A DNA stretch of 64,000 bases from Phaeosaccion multiseriatum (GCA_965112735.1 OZ218954.1:1550001-1614000), one strand, 5' to 3'; counted from the first letter of the stretch, positions 34,426-47,750 are shown. Numbers and translations are program-made. Notes: generated by a model not told the origin, from the letters alone.

Positions 34426-35483
34426 CTCCTCCTCCTCCTCCTCCTCCTCCTCCTCCTCCTCCTCCTCCTCCTCCGCCTCTTCCTCCTCCTCCTCCTCCTC
34501 CTCCTGCTCCTCCTCCTCCTCCTCCTCCTCCTGCTCCTCCTTCTCCTCCTTCTCGCCCTCGTCCTCTGCGTACCCTTGCAGAGACATTTTCTGGAGCTCG
34601 GGTGCGGTGGAGTGCCCTCCCTCGGACATGAGCGGCGGCGCGGACTCTGTGGACGCTCTGTGGCTGCTGGGAGACGTACAGCAGCGCTGGGAAGTGCCCT
34701 ACTTCGGCGGCCTTGGGGAGGGGCAGAGAGTGAATCGCCTGCCCAGGGAGGCTGACCTGGGCAGGAAGGACTCCATGACGAGGAGCCTTCTCGAGCTCTC
34801 CAAGGTAGGGGCACACGTCGTCATGATCGAGGAGGAGGGAGTAGGTAGAGGAAGGGCTCAGGTGATTCGTCATGTGGCTCTGTGACGTACATGCTGAGCC
34901 AGTTATTGCTTTTTTTGGTGAGCAGCGGAGATGGGGTGGAGGCAGCGGCTCAATTGTGTACCCCTAGCCTTCACTCCACTCCACTCCTTTCCATGGTTTT
35001 GCTTTGCGTTTCCTTTCCCTTGCGCTCGAACAAGACTTTCGGTGATCGTGCGGTGTCGTTTCTCCCTCGAACCTGGTGGGTGGACTCGCTCTCCGCGGCT
35101 GGCACCACTACAGCAGTTGGTAGTACGGCAGGAAGAGTAGTCGGGGAGAAAGAGGGGGGACTCAGCGGTGGCAATAGAGATGGTAGTAGTGATGGCAGCA
35201 TCAGCAGCAGCAACAGTCCCGGGATGAAGGAGGGTTTCCGAGTCGATGAGCAAGGCTGGGCTCTGCGTATGCCGCATGTCCTCAAGGCGCCCGACAAGGA
35301 CCTCGGCAAGGGGGTCTTCTTGGTGGACGGCCTCGACCTAAGCAACGGCCTCGACCTAAGCAATGGCAATGGCAGCGACGACGTGGGCCGCTGCGGGGAG
35401 GACTGCTTCCTGCAGCGATATGTTTCGCACCCGCTCCTGCTACCCGTCGTGCCGGAGCAACCGGGTGCGTGTATTTTTTTGGG

Positions 35484-35514
<31 letters not shown>

Positions 35515-37669
35515 TGAGGGTATGTACCTGGGCTGCGTGCATGCAGTTGCCTGTGTGGCGCGCACAGTTTGAAGAAGTACTCCTGCTGTTCTTTCGTCTT
35601 CCTCTCTCTCTCTCTCCCTTTCGGCGCCCTTCCTTCCCTTTCTCACCCTACCTCGGTGCTCCACTTCCTCTTTCCTCCCTCTCTCACGCCCAACCCCACG
35701 CACGCACCCACAGGCGAGGAGCGTAAGTTCTCCTTCGGCGTGTACGTGACTGTGAGCCTCGACCCGCTTGCCGTGTATGCGCACGAGGAAATGTTGGTGC
35801 TCTTCTGCACGAGGCCGTACGACGCCAGAAATGCCTCGGACGTACTGGTGAGTGTGTGCGTGCGTGCGTGCGTGCGTCTGAGAAGACAGAGCTTTGGTGT
35901 TGCTGTACGATCCCCACCTTTCTGTAGCTCATTCGTAGTCCTTCCTTCTTTTGTCGTCAGCCCCCCCCCCTCCCACCTTAACCTTGCCCCTCGTTACCCT
36001 CACCCTGTGGCCCATTGGACCCCCACTCCACCCCACTCCCCTTTACTCTGTTTCCTCTGCTTTGTAAAGGGTCACTTGACGAACGGACTCACTCAGCGCA
36101 AACTCAACCCCCTCGAGTATGACGAGAGGAAGCACGTGTGGGACTCCGCCAAGCTCAAGAGTGCACTGAAGGACAAAGGTGAGGCATGTGGGACTTTCAA
36201 GGGAGGCGAGTGGGAGGGGAGATAGGGTGAGGACTATGGCCGTAGTTGAGGTCATGGCATCTTGTCCTTCCGTCCTGCCTTCCTTTTTCGATCCTCTCTC
36301 CCGCTCAACTCCTCTAAATCTCATCCTCTTGCATAATACGTTTTCACGCAGTTGCTCACTCACTCACCGACTCACTCACTCATTCACTCACTCACCTACC
36401 AATTCCTGAATCCCCTTCTACCATTCGTGTCCGCCGTCATGACCTTCTCCCTCCTGCGCAACCTTAGGCATCCCCTGGGGGCCCATCCAGCGCCAGGTGG
36501 ATGAAGTCATCTCCCTTACGCTATTGAGCGGCCTCGAGAGAAGCAGAGACGTCCTCGCTCAAGCCGCTGCGTACCGACGGGTGCAGCAGCAGCAGGAGCA
36601 GCAGCAGCAGCGCGCGCACGCACGCACGCCTCAGGCAGCAAGCGAGGAGGAGGGGGAAGCGGAGGCCAGGAAAGGGGCGACCCAAGCGGTTTCCGAGCAG
36701 GCATTCACGTTCTGGCGCCTTGACTTCCTCCTGGACGACAGCCTGAAGGTGTGGCTGCTTGAGGTGGAGGTGGTGCCTTCCACAGGGGTGATTGGGGCGG
36801 TAGATGGAGTCATCAAGCGGAGGGTCCTCACTGACTTACTCTCCATGCAAGGCTGGGGCGGGCAGAAGAAGCAGAGGCAGGAACAGGAAGAGGAGGGGCA
36901 TCAGGAAGGAGAGCAAGGGAACGATGACCTGGAGTCACAAGTGGAAGAGACACTGTGGGCCAAGCTGCCCGCCGTTGTAGCAGACGGAGGAGAGGCAGCC
37001 AAGGGAGCGGTCCGCACGGTGGTTGCCTTCGAGGAGAGGCACCGCAGGAGGGGAGACTGGAGACTCATCATGCCTGCCCCCGGGGGAGAAGAGGGCGAGA
37101 TTGGGAGGGGTAAGTTGGGGACAGAAGAAGAGAGAGAGGGAGATAGGGCAGCATGAGAGGAGGGGCCTGCTTGCGCCCTCATCATCCCATGCAAGCGCCA
37201 AGTGTGAGAATGCTGTTTTCACTGTTTTCACTAAGGCTTTTTGTCTCTCTCGTGTGTGTTTGTTTGTATGTGTGTGTGTGTGCGCGTGCATGCATCAGGT
37301 TTTCTCGCGCGTCAGGCCTTGCCCAAGGACACGCTGTTGCAGCGTTGGGTGTCCGCGACCCAATCACACGTAGACAACAACCCTACGGCTGATGATGCTG
37401 CTACCCGCGGGGCTCATGAGGGGGGGGAAGGTCGTGCTGAATTAGAGGGGGGACGCACTGCCCCTGGCGTGGGGAGGGGCTTTACCCCTGGCAAAGACGA
37501 TGATGACCCCATACCGCTGACGCTGGAGAGGGCAGAGCGAGAGTGTCTCCGCTGCATCGACGGGGGCAACGGCAAGGGATACTGCATGCGGCTTGATTCG
37601 ACTTCTTTTCAGGAAGGTGGTGACCACCATGAGCAGCAGCAGCAAGAGCAGCAGCAGCAGCAGCAGCAG

Positions 37670-37718
<49 letters not shown>

Positions 37719-38671
37719 GGGAGAGCATGGGCAAAGACACGGTGGGTGGCGTAGGATCGCCTCACCACGAGCCCCGAGTGTCCGGGAGGTGTCAGAGCGT
37801 GCGAACGGGCTGTGCGTACACCCGGGAGGGGAGCTTACTCGACGCAGTACTGGCCACGACCCAGGGGGGCTGCGCTCTCACAAGGTATGGACCTGGTCCT
37901 TACCCCTCTATGCATCTATTCTTTTTGCTGCAGCTGCAGGTTGGAGTGATGAGAAAGATATCATCCGAAAGAGCTCACTTGACGCTCCACTCCAGCGGAG
38001 GCTTTGTTTGATTGACTGCTTTGTACTTGAGTCTGTTGCGTCCGAAGTTTTGAAGTTTTGTTCTGACTTCTGCGACACACCATCTCGTTGTTCCGTGGAG
38101 GTGTTCCTCTGCCGTAATCAGTCTCTCTCTCTCTCTCTCCCGTCCACTGCCTTCAATCTCTCTCACCCATCCACTGCCTTCCCCATCACCAGCGGTGCTG
38201 GAATGGTGCACTTCCTCTCCGGGCTCAACGTGCATCGCGTTTCCTCGCCGGGGATGGACCAAGCCAGACAGGAGTGGTGCAGGTGCGTGCGTGCGCGTTG
38301 TGTTCGTCGTTGCGGCATTCCTCACGTCTGATTCAATTGTGATTTGCGCGTCTCTGTGTATGCAGCTATCTTCTCGCCAGTGTGCATGCAAGCACCTTCA
38401 GCAGCAGCAGCAGCAGCAGTGGAGACAGCCTCTCCGGGATTCCCTCTCCGTACGCTGAGCTCTCAAAGGGTTCAGAGGCCTACCGAACGGTCAAAGGCCT
38501 CCAGGATGTCTGCGACGGTTTCATCGAAGACGACAGCAGCACCTTTACCCGTCTTCGGACAGGCTTTGGGGCGGGAGAGGGAAGCGGAGTCGAGACTGTG
38601 AGCCTCCTGGAGCAACAGCCTCATGGAGACGAGGGTCTGATACAGCAGGAGCAGCAGCAGCAGCAGCAGCA

Positions 38672-38708
<37 letters not shown>

Positions 38709-39278
38709 GATGAGGAGGAGAGGGAGGAGGGTAGATCACGAGGAGTAGAGGACAAGGATGACGACGTGAGTGCCGTTTTCTTGCGGCACATCGACGAGAA
38801 CAGGCCTCTGCTCCTGCTCAACCTCACCACCTCTGCAGACGACATTGCAGGTTCGAGCGAGCTACTGTGTGGGGTGTTGGGCTGTCTGCCTGCCTTGCCG
38901 CCTTGGCACAAACGACCACTCTACCCCTGGGAGACCCTCTGACTCCCACCCACCCCCTCCCTCTCTCCCTCCCTCGCTCACTCCTGGTGGACCTGATGCA
39001 AATGGCGACAATCGCGGCATGTGTGTATATCCATTTGATGTTATCTGCCAGCAGAGCAGTGGAGCGCGTCAGCTCTAAAGGAGGAGTTTGCACAACGCGA
39101 TGTGACCGTGCTAATCTATGACGAGGCCAAGGATAGGGCACAGGTACGTCGTGTACGTTGGGGGTCTATGGGCACGCGGTGGGGCGAGCTCTCTTCCGAG
39201 CCGGGATGAGTCTTCCGAGTCGGGATGAGGCAGGGCGGGCATGCAACACACGGCACACACACACGAAACACGCATGCA

Positions 39279-39317
<39 letters not shown>

Positions 39318-40425
39318 ACACAGACAGACACACACGGCAGAGCGCCATGTGCAATGTGCTCTCCTCTCTCTGTCCCGCCTTATCGGACATACTGCCCCTC
39401 CCTCTCCTTGTAGAGAGCTCCTTGTACAGTGCACAGCTGCCTCCACCCCAAGGCCTTGCCCCTCCTCCTCCTCACCACGCCCGACCACTCTTCGTCCTCC
39501 ATCCATCTTTGCCATGTTGTTCATCCAAAACCTGGCAAAAAGCCGCTGGCGACGACTGTGCTGGCCTTCGAGGACTTCCTCTCGCACTCCGCCCACAAGG
39601 AGAGCCTGGTCCTCGACCACGTGCACGAGCAGGCGGAGGAGGAGGAGGAGGGTTTCCGAAGCGATGAGGAGGAGACGCAGAAACTGAACCTGTACCTCCT
39701 CCTCACCACCCGACCCATGAGGTGTGGAAAGAAACTCGGCCCATAGGCTGCCATCCTCCACCTCTCCGTACTCGTGTGCTCCCCCTTCTCATCTCCCTCC
39801 TCTCCTTTGTCCCTGTCTCTTCGTGAAGTTCTGTGCCAAGGAGATTCCGTCCTATTCCTTCCATTGCACATAGCCTGTACTTCCTCCTCTTGTCGCCTAT
39901 GTAACTAACCTCTGTTTCACTCTCCTCTCCTCTCCTCTTCCCACATCTCCAGTGATGGCAACAGCATGAACCCCAACGGCCTCGACAGCCCGCTCGCGGC
40001 AGCCCTCTTCCCGAGGCTCGAACGCCAGGCCACAGCTCGGTGAGAAGGGCAGAACACTCTACCCTTGTGCTCTTTTTTCTTCCGGAATACTCTACCCTCT
40101 TGCTTGTGTCTTCGTTCAAGGCCTAAGAGGCGCTTTCGCGTATGCTCTTCCCTTCCTCTCAGTCACTTCTCCTCCCTCTCTCTCCCCTTCCCCGGTCTCT
40201 CACTCTCTTCTCTCTCCCCCTCGCCGTTTCCCTCTCTCTCCCTCTCTGTCTCACCTCTCTCTCTCCCCCCTCTCTCTCTCTTTCTACCGCTTCTCCCTCT
40301 TCTCCCTCTTCAATGTGCACACACCAAAAGCCTTCATGCTTTACTCGCAGAGGTATCGACTCTGTCGGCAGCAGCGGAAAGAAGCACCTCGTCCCTGCTG
40401 TCCCTTCAAATTGGATGGTAAGTTC

Positions 40426-40485
<60 letters not shown>

Positions 40486-41129
40486 CTCTCTCTATCGTGG
40501 CATATCACCGTCAACCTGTATCTCCTGTCACCCGAGCTCAAGAAGTCTCTTTGTAATAGAATGTCTTGTCCTGACACCCATGATTCAGTCAGTGTGTCAT
40601 CGTGCCCTCCCCTCCTCCCCTCCTTGGTGTCGGGACACTGGATTGTCTTGCCCTCCGCCTTTACAACCTGCGCGTATCCAGGACCTCGCTCCGGCTCTCG
40701 TCGGCGTACCGCTATCCCACGCATATTGATTGCTTCGAGAACGTGCTTCTGCAACTGCATGGAGTGAAGACTGTCACGCTCTACCCGCCGGTACGCACAC
40801 AGTAGGAGGGAGAGGGAAGGGGGATGGGGGGAGAACAGGACACGAGAGGAAGGAGGGGGAAAGAGACGAAGGAGGGGCGGTGGTGGTGCTGCTCATGTAG
40901 AGAAAACATGAAGGATCTAGGAGTAGAGTGATTCCATACCTCTTCGATATGTCAGTTGCATCCCTTCACCCCCATCCCCCACCCACCCGCGTCGGTTGTC
41001 GTTTTTCGGTGTCACAGTCTCGTGTGGGCGACTTCTCCCCTGACCCGCTCCACAAGCACTGGCCAGCGGCGGGCGAGGATAAGCGCAGCAGAGCCTTGCC
41101 ACACGCCATTACCGTCACCCTTTACCCAG

Positions 41130-41206
<77 letters not shown>

Positions 41207-41521
41207 TGCGTGTGTGTGTACGAGCGTTGACGGGGTGTTGTCTCTCGACGTCTGCCCTCCTTTTGGGCCTCCCACTCTCCCCCTCCGAATGACGACCACG
41301 CAGGGTCGGCGCTCTACATTCCACTCATGTGGCTGCACTCAGTGGAGTCTGCGAGCGAGTGGTCTGTCTCCGCCAATGTCTACTTCTTCCACGGAGCAGA
41401 CAATGAAATGAGGAGGAGAAGGAGGACGAGGACCAGGGCACAGGCCACGACCGAAGAGGGCACAAAGGAGGGTACAAGCAGCCCCCACTTCCCAGCCGAA
41501 GCACCAGAGGGTGACAGTAGT

Positions 41522-41557
<36 letters not shown>

Positions 41558-41647
41558 GACTTGGCGGAGTGGGGCATCTATGTGTCGGCCCGGAAACCCG
41601 ACGCGTGGAGATGGCACGAGCTGCAGCACGGGCAGCTCCTCTGCTGA
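33328..41647 (+). CDS. Multi-exon protein: N-terminal hydrophobic segment + tubulin-tyrosine-ligase-like ATP-grasp domain + JmjC (cupin-like) 2OG-Fe oxygenase domain
   Basis: TTL motifs RVNRLP..LGRKD, FLPRTW, VLKAPDKDLGKGVFLV, LQRYVSHPLL, RKFSFGVYV, HLTN, DFLLDDSLKVWLLEV. JmjC motifs ENRPLLL, WSASALKEEF, PTHIDCFENVLLQLHGVKTVTLYPP, LYPGSALYIPLMWLHSVES. Introns 37110-37298, 37885-38192, 38283-38365/38380 and 38851-39051 keep the two halves in one frame. Start inferred. Confidence 0.75.
34330..34560. repeat. (CCT)n/(TAC)n compound microsatellite, intronic
   Basis: Directly visible. Confidence 0.95.
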
Positions 41648-42034
41648 CACACCAAGTCAAAGAGAACTTGCTGAGATGCACAGAAAGGAGAGAAATGACT
41701 CGAAGCGACGCGCTGTTATTCATAAGATCATAGACACTGTTCTCTCAGATCCACCGGATAGGCTCCGAACGCTAGCACCCTCCCAACGATAGACTCCTCG
41801 GCGTGTCTCCGATACAGGGGAGGATGGTTTCCCCGGGGCCTACATGCTTGTCGCAGTGGGCGAGGTACGGGAATCAGTTGGGCTGGGAATCAGTTGGATG
41901 ACGTACGTGGCGGGCAGAATAGGGCCCCCTGGTGCCCAGTGCAGCGGTATGGCGGAGGGCGTACATCCGCCCGAGAGCGGGGCATGCAGAGGCGCAAAAC
42001 TGTGTCACAGTGCTGTGCGTAGAACGCACAATAA

Positions 42035-42720
42035 CTACAAGCAGTGGTCGTCCACCCAGCGTCGCCAGCTCTCCTGCAGCCCCCCCCACTCTCCTCCGAG
42101 CCCTGTGGGCACAAGCGCGCGATCCAGCAGAAGCAGTCGGTTGCTGAACTGCTTTGCTTCCGCGTCGCTCACAACGGAGCTCACGACGGAGCTCATATCA
42201 CTCACGTCGCTTCTGTCGCTAAGATCACCCTCCTCCTCCTCTTCCTTCTTCTCCTTCTCCTCTTCCCCCTCCTCCTCCCCCCCCCCTCTCCCTCCCCATC
42301 CTCCTCCTGCCACAAGTCGACCGACACGCTCTGGAACCTCTCCCTCGGCAGCGGCAACACAATCCTGAGCGCAATCTGCACGGCCCTGTGCGACTCATAC
42401 AACCATATCTGCTGGCACTTGATGGAGAAGCTCGAGCTCGACAGCCCCACCACCCCCCCGGCTGTAGTCTGAGAGCCCAAACGTCCTGACCAGTCCCACC
42501 CCCACGTCTCTACAGTCCACGACCAGAGCTACCCCGCCCTGCGTGTGTACTGCTCGTCGATGAGGCTCTCCAGAATGAAGGACACGTAGTCCTCGGGCTG
42601 TTGGCCTTTGGTCGTGGCAATGTTTGCCGGATTGAAGACAAGAACTCTTCTCCCCAGAGAGTCGCGGTGCGGGAGGACATGATTCCCCCCGGAGAGGAGG
42701 AGGGAGCGCATCTTACTCGC
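42035..42720 (-). pseudogene. CRAL-TRIO (SEC14-like) lipid-binding domain with frameshifts
   Basis: Consecutive pieces in different frames: HRDSLGRRVLVFNP; TQGGVALVVDCRDVG; FSIKCQQIWLYESHRAVQIALRIVLP; LDRALVPTGLGGE. Confidence 0.6.
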
Positions 42721-42820
42721 GAGCGAGAGAGAGGGTGTGGGGACCGACTGATGCGGATGCGTTATCGTAAAAGGAACAATCTCTCAGATTCATAAGAATA
42801 TGCTTGCTCAGAGTCGTGTG

Positions 42821-45525
42821 CTATCCTCCTCCTCCTCCTCCTCCTCCTCCTCCTCCTCCTCCTCCTCCTCCTCCTCCTTTTGCTATTGCCTCCTCCCCTG
42901 CCTCTACTTCTTGTGTTGCTGGTGGTGCTGTTGCTGCCCCTCCTGCCCATGGCGCTGTATCTTCGCTATTCAACACATTGTCTTGCTTCGCCTTTTGTTG
43001 CATCTCCAGTGCCTCCACCCCCCTCCCCTCCTCCTCCTCCTCCTCCTCCTCCTCCTCCTCCTCCTCCTCCTCTTCCTCTTCTTCTTCTACCCCCCTTCCC
43101 TCCTCCCCCTGCTCCTGATCCTTCTCCCTCTCCTCTTCCTCCTCCTCCTCCTCCTCCTCCTCCTCCTCCTCCTCCTCCTCCTCCTCCCCCTGCTTATAAT
43201 CTTCTTCGAGCTGCTGTCCCTCACTCGGCAAAGCCCTCCCTTCAATGCCGCCGCCCCCTTCTCCCGACTGCAGTCCTTCCCACACCTCGTTCCCCTGGAG
43301 AGGAGAGTCATAATGATGACACTGACCCTCTCCAGTATCCTCCTCGCTACCACGCTCACTACGGGAGTCAAGCTGAGAGTCACCGCGAGCTCCGCCATCG
43401 GACGCAACACCAGCAGCAGGAGTAACATCAGCAGCAGCGGCAGCAGCAGCAGCATCAGCATCCCCGACAGCACCAAGCGCATTAGCATCAACAGGAGCAG
43501 CAGCAGCAGCAGCAGCCCCAATGCCTCCTGCTCCATCTTCGTGGCGCTCCTCAAAGGCAGCGGCGAAGAGGTCTGGCTCCCCCTCCACCTCCTCCATCAC
43601 CACCCCCATACCAGCAGCGTTGAGGGCATCAATGCCCTCAAAGGCCCCTCCATCCATGGCGCCATCCATTGCCATCGCCACCCCCATCGCGGCGTCTCTG
43701 ACTCGCGGGGCCGGCGCTCCGTACTCATCTTCCATCCTCACTCCTCCACACACTTGCCTCAGCAAGGCCGGAGTCCGGATAACCTTTCGCACCCGCCAGC
43801 CGCGAATGGCAGCGACCTCGGGATAGATAAACTGGAGAAAGAAGTAGAGGTGTCCCACTAGGATACCGACACAGTCCGTCATCAAAGGGTTCCTCAGCAG
43901 GAGGGAGAAGCACAGCAGAACCCACGGAAGGTACGGCGCAGTGAAGGGAAAGAGTCCGAGGAAAGACATGCGGACATGCTCATTCCTCCTGCGCGATTTG
44001 TGGTCGTTTAGTGTGGGGGGGTAATATAAGCACATGCAGCCCGCCGAGAGGGCACGAGGAGCCGTCAGAGTCAAAAGGTTGGGGCGTGGGGTTGGGGCCG
44101 GGTTTAAGACCAGACTCAGGGGTCAGAGTGGGGGTAAGAGGAAGAGCAGATTCAAGGGGCAGGGGCAGGGTCAGGGGCAGAGGCAGGAGCGAGATAAAAC
44201 ATTAGTGCCCGTTCTTGTGCGCACCTCCCCCAGACGTAGACCATCATAAAGGTCAGGCTAGAAGCCAGGAACTCAAGCTTCATCCAGGGGTTGGCCAGCA
44301 CCATGAGCGAGGCGCCGAAGAGCAGCATATTCAAGAAATCTGATGGTTTAAGCAGAGAGAACAAGCAGAGCATTATAGAGCGCAAGAGAAGGAAGAAGAA
44401 AGAAGAATGACAAGTGAGAACCAGAACGAGAATGGGGGCTAGAGAGAGAGAGACAGCGAGAGCGCAGCAGGAGGTGGGCAGGGACAGGCCAATTGAAGGC
44501 GGCAGCAGCTGTACTTTCGCAGCGGATAGGCGAGGCGGGGTCTGTGACTCACTACTCTCCTCACATGAACCTCTATCTCCCTCTCTCCCTGTCTGTCTCC
44601 TCTCTCTCTCCCCACACACGCACACACATACTCACCTGCCGTCCTTCCTCTGAACTCTCCCTCCTCCAGCAGCCGGCTGTACCTCACCAAGAAGTACATG
44701 TGAAACTGCCAAAAGGCAATGCAACAACAAGAGTGAGGAGATGAGAAGTACAGGGGGGAGTGGCGAGGGAGGAGACAAGGCCACGACAGAGGGACAAGAG
44801 GGAGGGGCCAATCCCCAGGAGACAGGGGAGGATGTAATGGGAAAAGACGAAAAGACACACACTCAACTCAAGCTTGTTCTGGAAGTGCTTTCGCTTTGTT
44901 TGGGGTGTGGGGGGGACAGAAGACTTGGACTTACCAAAAAGTCGAGTGAGAAGGGCCCAAAGTAGAGAAAATTGGTGACGAGCCTCCATAACTGCCCCTC
45001 CTGTAGTATCTGCGTCTGATTGAAGTAGATGGCGAAAGGAGTGATGACTTCCAGGGTCACGAGGGCCTGAAGAGCGGAGAGAGGGAAACCCGTGAGGACT
45101 AGAGGGAGCGCGTGATGGGAAGCGGGACGGGAGGGAAAGGGGGGCTGCTAATGGGATGCTCATACTACTGCGTGTATACTCCCCTGGGGAGCTAAGAGCG
45201 AGTCGAAACCCGGGCAAGGGAGCATTTACGTACCGTTGTCAAGAAAGCCCCTGTGAGGTAGAGCCTGCTGATAATCGGAATCTGGGGGAAGGTGGTGGAA
45301 GGGAATCACAGGCGGAGCAGCAGCACATGGGTAATGGTCACACATGCGACTGGCAAAGACACGAGCGAAAGCAGCAGCACTGGAGCGAGAAGGCCCGCGG
45401 AAGCTCCACGTTTACAGAGCCTTCCCTTCCCTCCCCTCTCCCTCCTCCTCTGCGATTTCCTGACCGTTCCTTACACCACACACCTCATAATACCAAGTCA
45501 GCGGGTCCGCTGCCGCGTTGTTCAT
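42821..45525 (-). CDS. DER1: Derlin (Der1-like ERAD membrane protein) with a long low-complexity C-terminal tail
   Basis: Exons MNNAAADPLTWYYE/IPIISRLYLTGAFLTT/...QLWRLVTNFLYFGPFSLDFL/FHMYFLVRYSRLLEEGEFRGRTA/DFLNMLLFG...TFMMVYVWGR/RNEHVRMSFLGLFPFTAPYLPWVL...GILVGHLYFFL. The 3' end is uncertain. Confidence 0.92.
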
Positions 45526-45659
45526 CGTCCCCCTGCGTCCTTCCTTCCCTTGCTTCTTTAATCAACTCTGCGCGTTGATGTCCTTTTTGTGTCTGAGCAC
45601 CGCTATGTCTTGAAAACTAAAAGTAATAGCATCGAGTCCGACTTAGAATTACGCAACGG

Positions 45660-45825
45660 ATTAGCGCGCCGGCTCGCTATCGCCGGGGGCGCCGGCGACA
45701 GCGGATAGCACGCCCCCCCCCCAAAGCCGGCTGGCGCCGGCGATAGCGGATAGCGTGCCGGCTGGGATAGCGCACCGGCTGGCGCCGGACTGGCGCCGGC
45801 GATAGCGGATAGCGGATAGCGTGTC
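45660..45825. repeat. Cluster of GCCGGCGATAGCGGATAGC motifs, probably a transposon subterminal region
   Basis: Several GCCGGC and GATAGC units. A related inverted copy lies at ~19285-19350. Confidence 0.5.
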
Positions 45826-46079
45826 AGGGGTCGACAACGAGGTGCAAGGTTCGAAAGGTGATGGAGAGAGGTGTGTGGGGAGAAAGGACTGTGTGTGTGC
45901 GCGTGTGGAGTGAGCGAGAGCTTGCGTGTGTGGCACTGTGCATGCGTGTGTGTGAGCGTGCGTGCGTGTGTGTGCGTGCGAGCGTGTGTGTGCGTGCGAG
46001 CGTGCGTGCGTGTGTGCTTGTGTGTGTGCGTGCGTGCGGGACGCATGCTGAGTGTAGAACTGTGCCGGACTCAAAGCAT

Positions 46080-46350
46080 GCCTTACACGTACGTAGATGT
46101 CGGTCACGTAGATGTTCGCCGCCTCCGTGAGAGCCCCCATGAAGTCTCCAGTCCAGCGAGGTCCCTGCATTGTTTGCAGGCATAGTGGGCCTGGGCCTGC
46201 CCCGAAGCGGGGTACCATACCGGATCTCCATCCTCGGGAGCGCCCGCTGTAGGCAGATGGAGAGCTAGTGCCGAATCAAGCCCTTTGGTGTGCCCCTTTG
46301 CGTGGGCCACGGCTGCACCTGCTCCTCGCGAGGCCCTGTTCAGCCCCATG
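46080..46350 (-). mobile_element. 3' remnant of a CRE-like non-LTR retrotransposon
   Basis: LSICLQRALPRMEIRYGT...LDW, homologous to the + strand remnant at 47190-47485. Confidence 0.55.
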
Positions 46351-47189
46351 CAAGCCTAGCTAGCGGATTGGCTGTAGGCCGCTAGGCCGCTCTAGGCCGC
46401 TCACTTTTCAGTCCTAGGCGGCCTCTCTAGCCCGCCTTGTGACCGCGGGTGCGTGAGTGGCGCCACCCAGCCAGTGGCAGCAGCACACCTGTGGGCATGC
46501 ACTCCTCGCAGGGCAGGCGAGGCGGAAAGAGACAACCCAGACCTTTTGGTGTGGTCTCTCGGCACTCAAGTCATCGGCCTGCTACGAGCAGGATAGGCAA
46601 TCAGTACATGTCCAGATTATTGGAGAGGGATCCGCTCGAGCGGGCGAGCTTGTGCTACTCGTAAGATGAGGTGCAGAGGGGAGAGGGATCTCGTGATGTG
46701 GTGCTCGGAGCAGAGGTGGTGGGCCCCGGGGTGGAGAAAGGGAGGGCGAACCTTCAATACTCTACTATAAGACACTTGGGCGGGCTCCGTGCGAGCCCAG
46801 GGGCATATTCCCCCCCTCGGCCTAGCTACGCTTAGTCGGCGGCCTAGACTCAAGCAGCAGCTCTAGACGCCCCGGCAGACACAGCTTGCGGCTGTATCAC
46901 TGACTGCTCTATACGGCAAAGTCCCCTCATGTAGCGTCGATGAACCGTCCTATCTACTATTCTTGTATCGTCTTACTCTACGTACTCGCTCCGAGTGCTC
47001 CGGTTGCTGCTCATCTGATGAGAAAACCAGTAACGAAAAAAGAAAAAAGAGAAGCGCAGTTACTTATCTCACGTCTCCGTAAGTAGCAATGAACTGAAAC
47101 GAGGGTGATTGTCACCGATATCAAGGGATCGACGGAGGGGAGGGTCTTCGTTTTCTCGTTGATCTTGTCAGAAAGCCCCATCCAGCACA

Positions 47190-47750
47190 AGCCCCAAAAC
47201 TATCACACATTCGAGACGTACGGCAGACTGGGCCAACAAACGGACGAGCTCATCGAGGCGATGGCCATCCACAAGGCATCAAGAGGGCTCGGCCCCGCAG
47301 CGGCGGCAGCCACGGGCCCCATCAAGGGCCTCCTGCGCCAACAACTGTCCCTCGCCCTTCAACGCGCCCTCTCACAGCGGGAGATCAGGTATGGCACCCT
47401 CCTTCGAGCCACGATGACGCAGCACGAAGCAGCAGAAACCCTCGACTGGGGGCTCATGGGAGCCATCGACGGAGCGGCCGCCTGAGGAGCAGGAGTACAC
47501 CAGCCAGCAGACAGCGAGACCATCAGCACACAGCATAGCAACCACAGTTAGTCACGCCTTGTCACCCGCACCACCCACAGCAGGATAGTTCACATATCAC
47601 CTCCACCACCTCACTCCTTCCCACACCCCTTCATCTCCTCCTCCCCCCTTCACTCCCTTCCCATTCCCCATTATCCTCTACTCTACCACCCTTACCATCC
47701 TCTTCCCCTCCACATCACGCTCCATCAATACCACACATACACACATCTAC
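47190..47750 (+). mobile_element. 5'-truncated CRE-like non-LTR retrotransposon (end of the restriction-like endonuclease domain + 3' UTR)
   Basis: FETYGRLGQQTDELIEAMA...LRQQLSLALQRA matches the ETxGxxG...LSxxLQRxNA C-terminus of CRE/SLACS-type elements. Stop at 47485, then a C/A-rich tail. Confidence 0.7.

Noticed and set aside
47015-47040. CTGATGA...GAAA, a hammerhead ribozyme core
   Set aside because: No pairing for stems II or III and no cleavage triplet.
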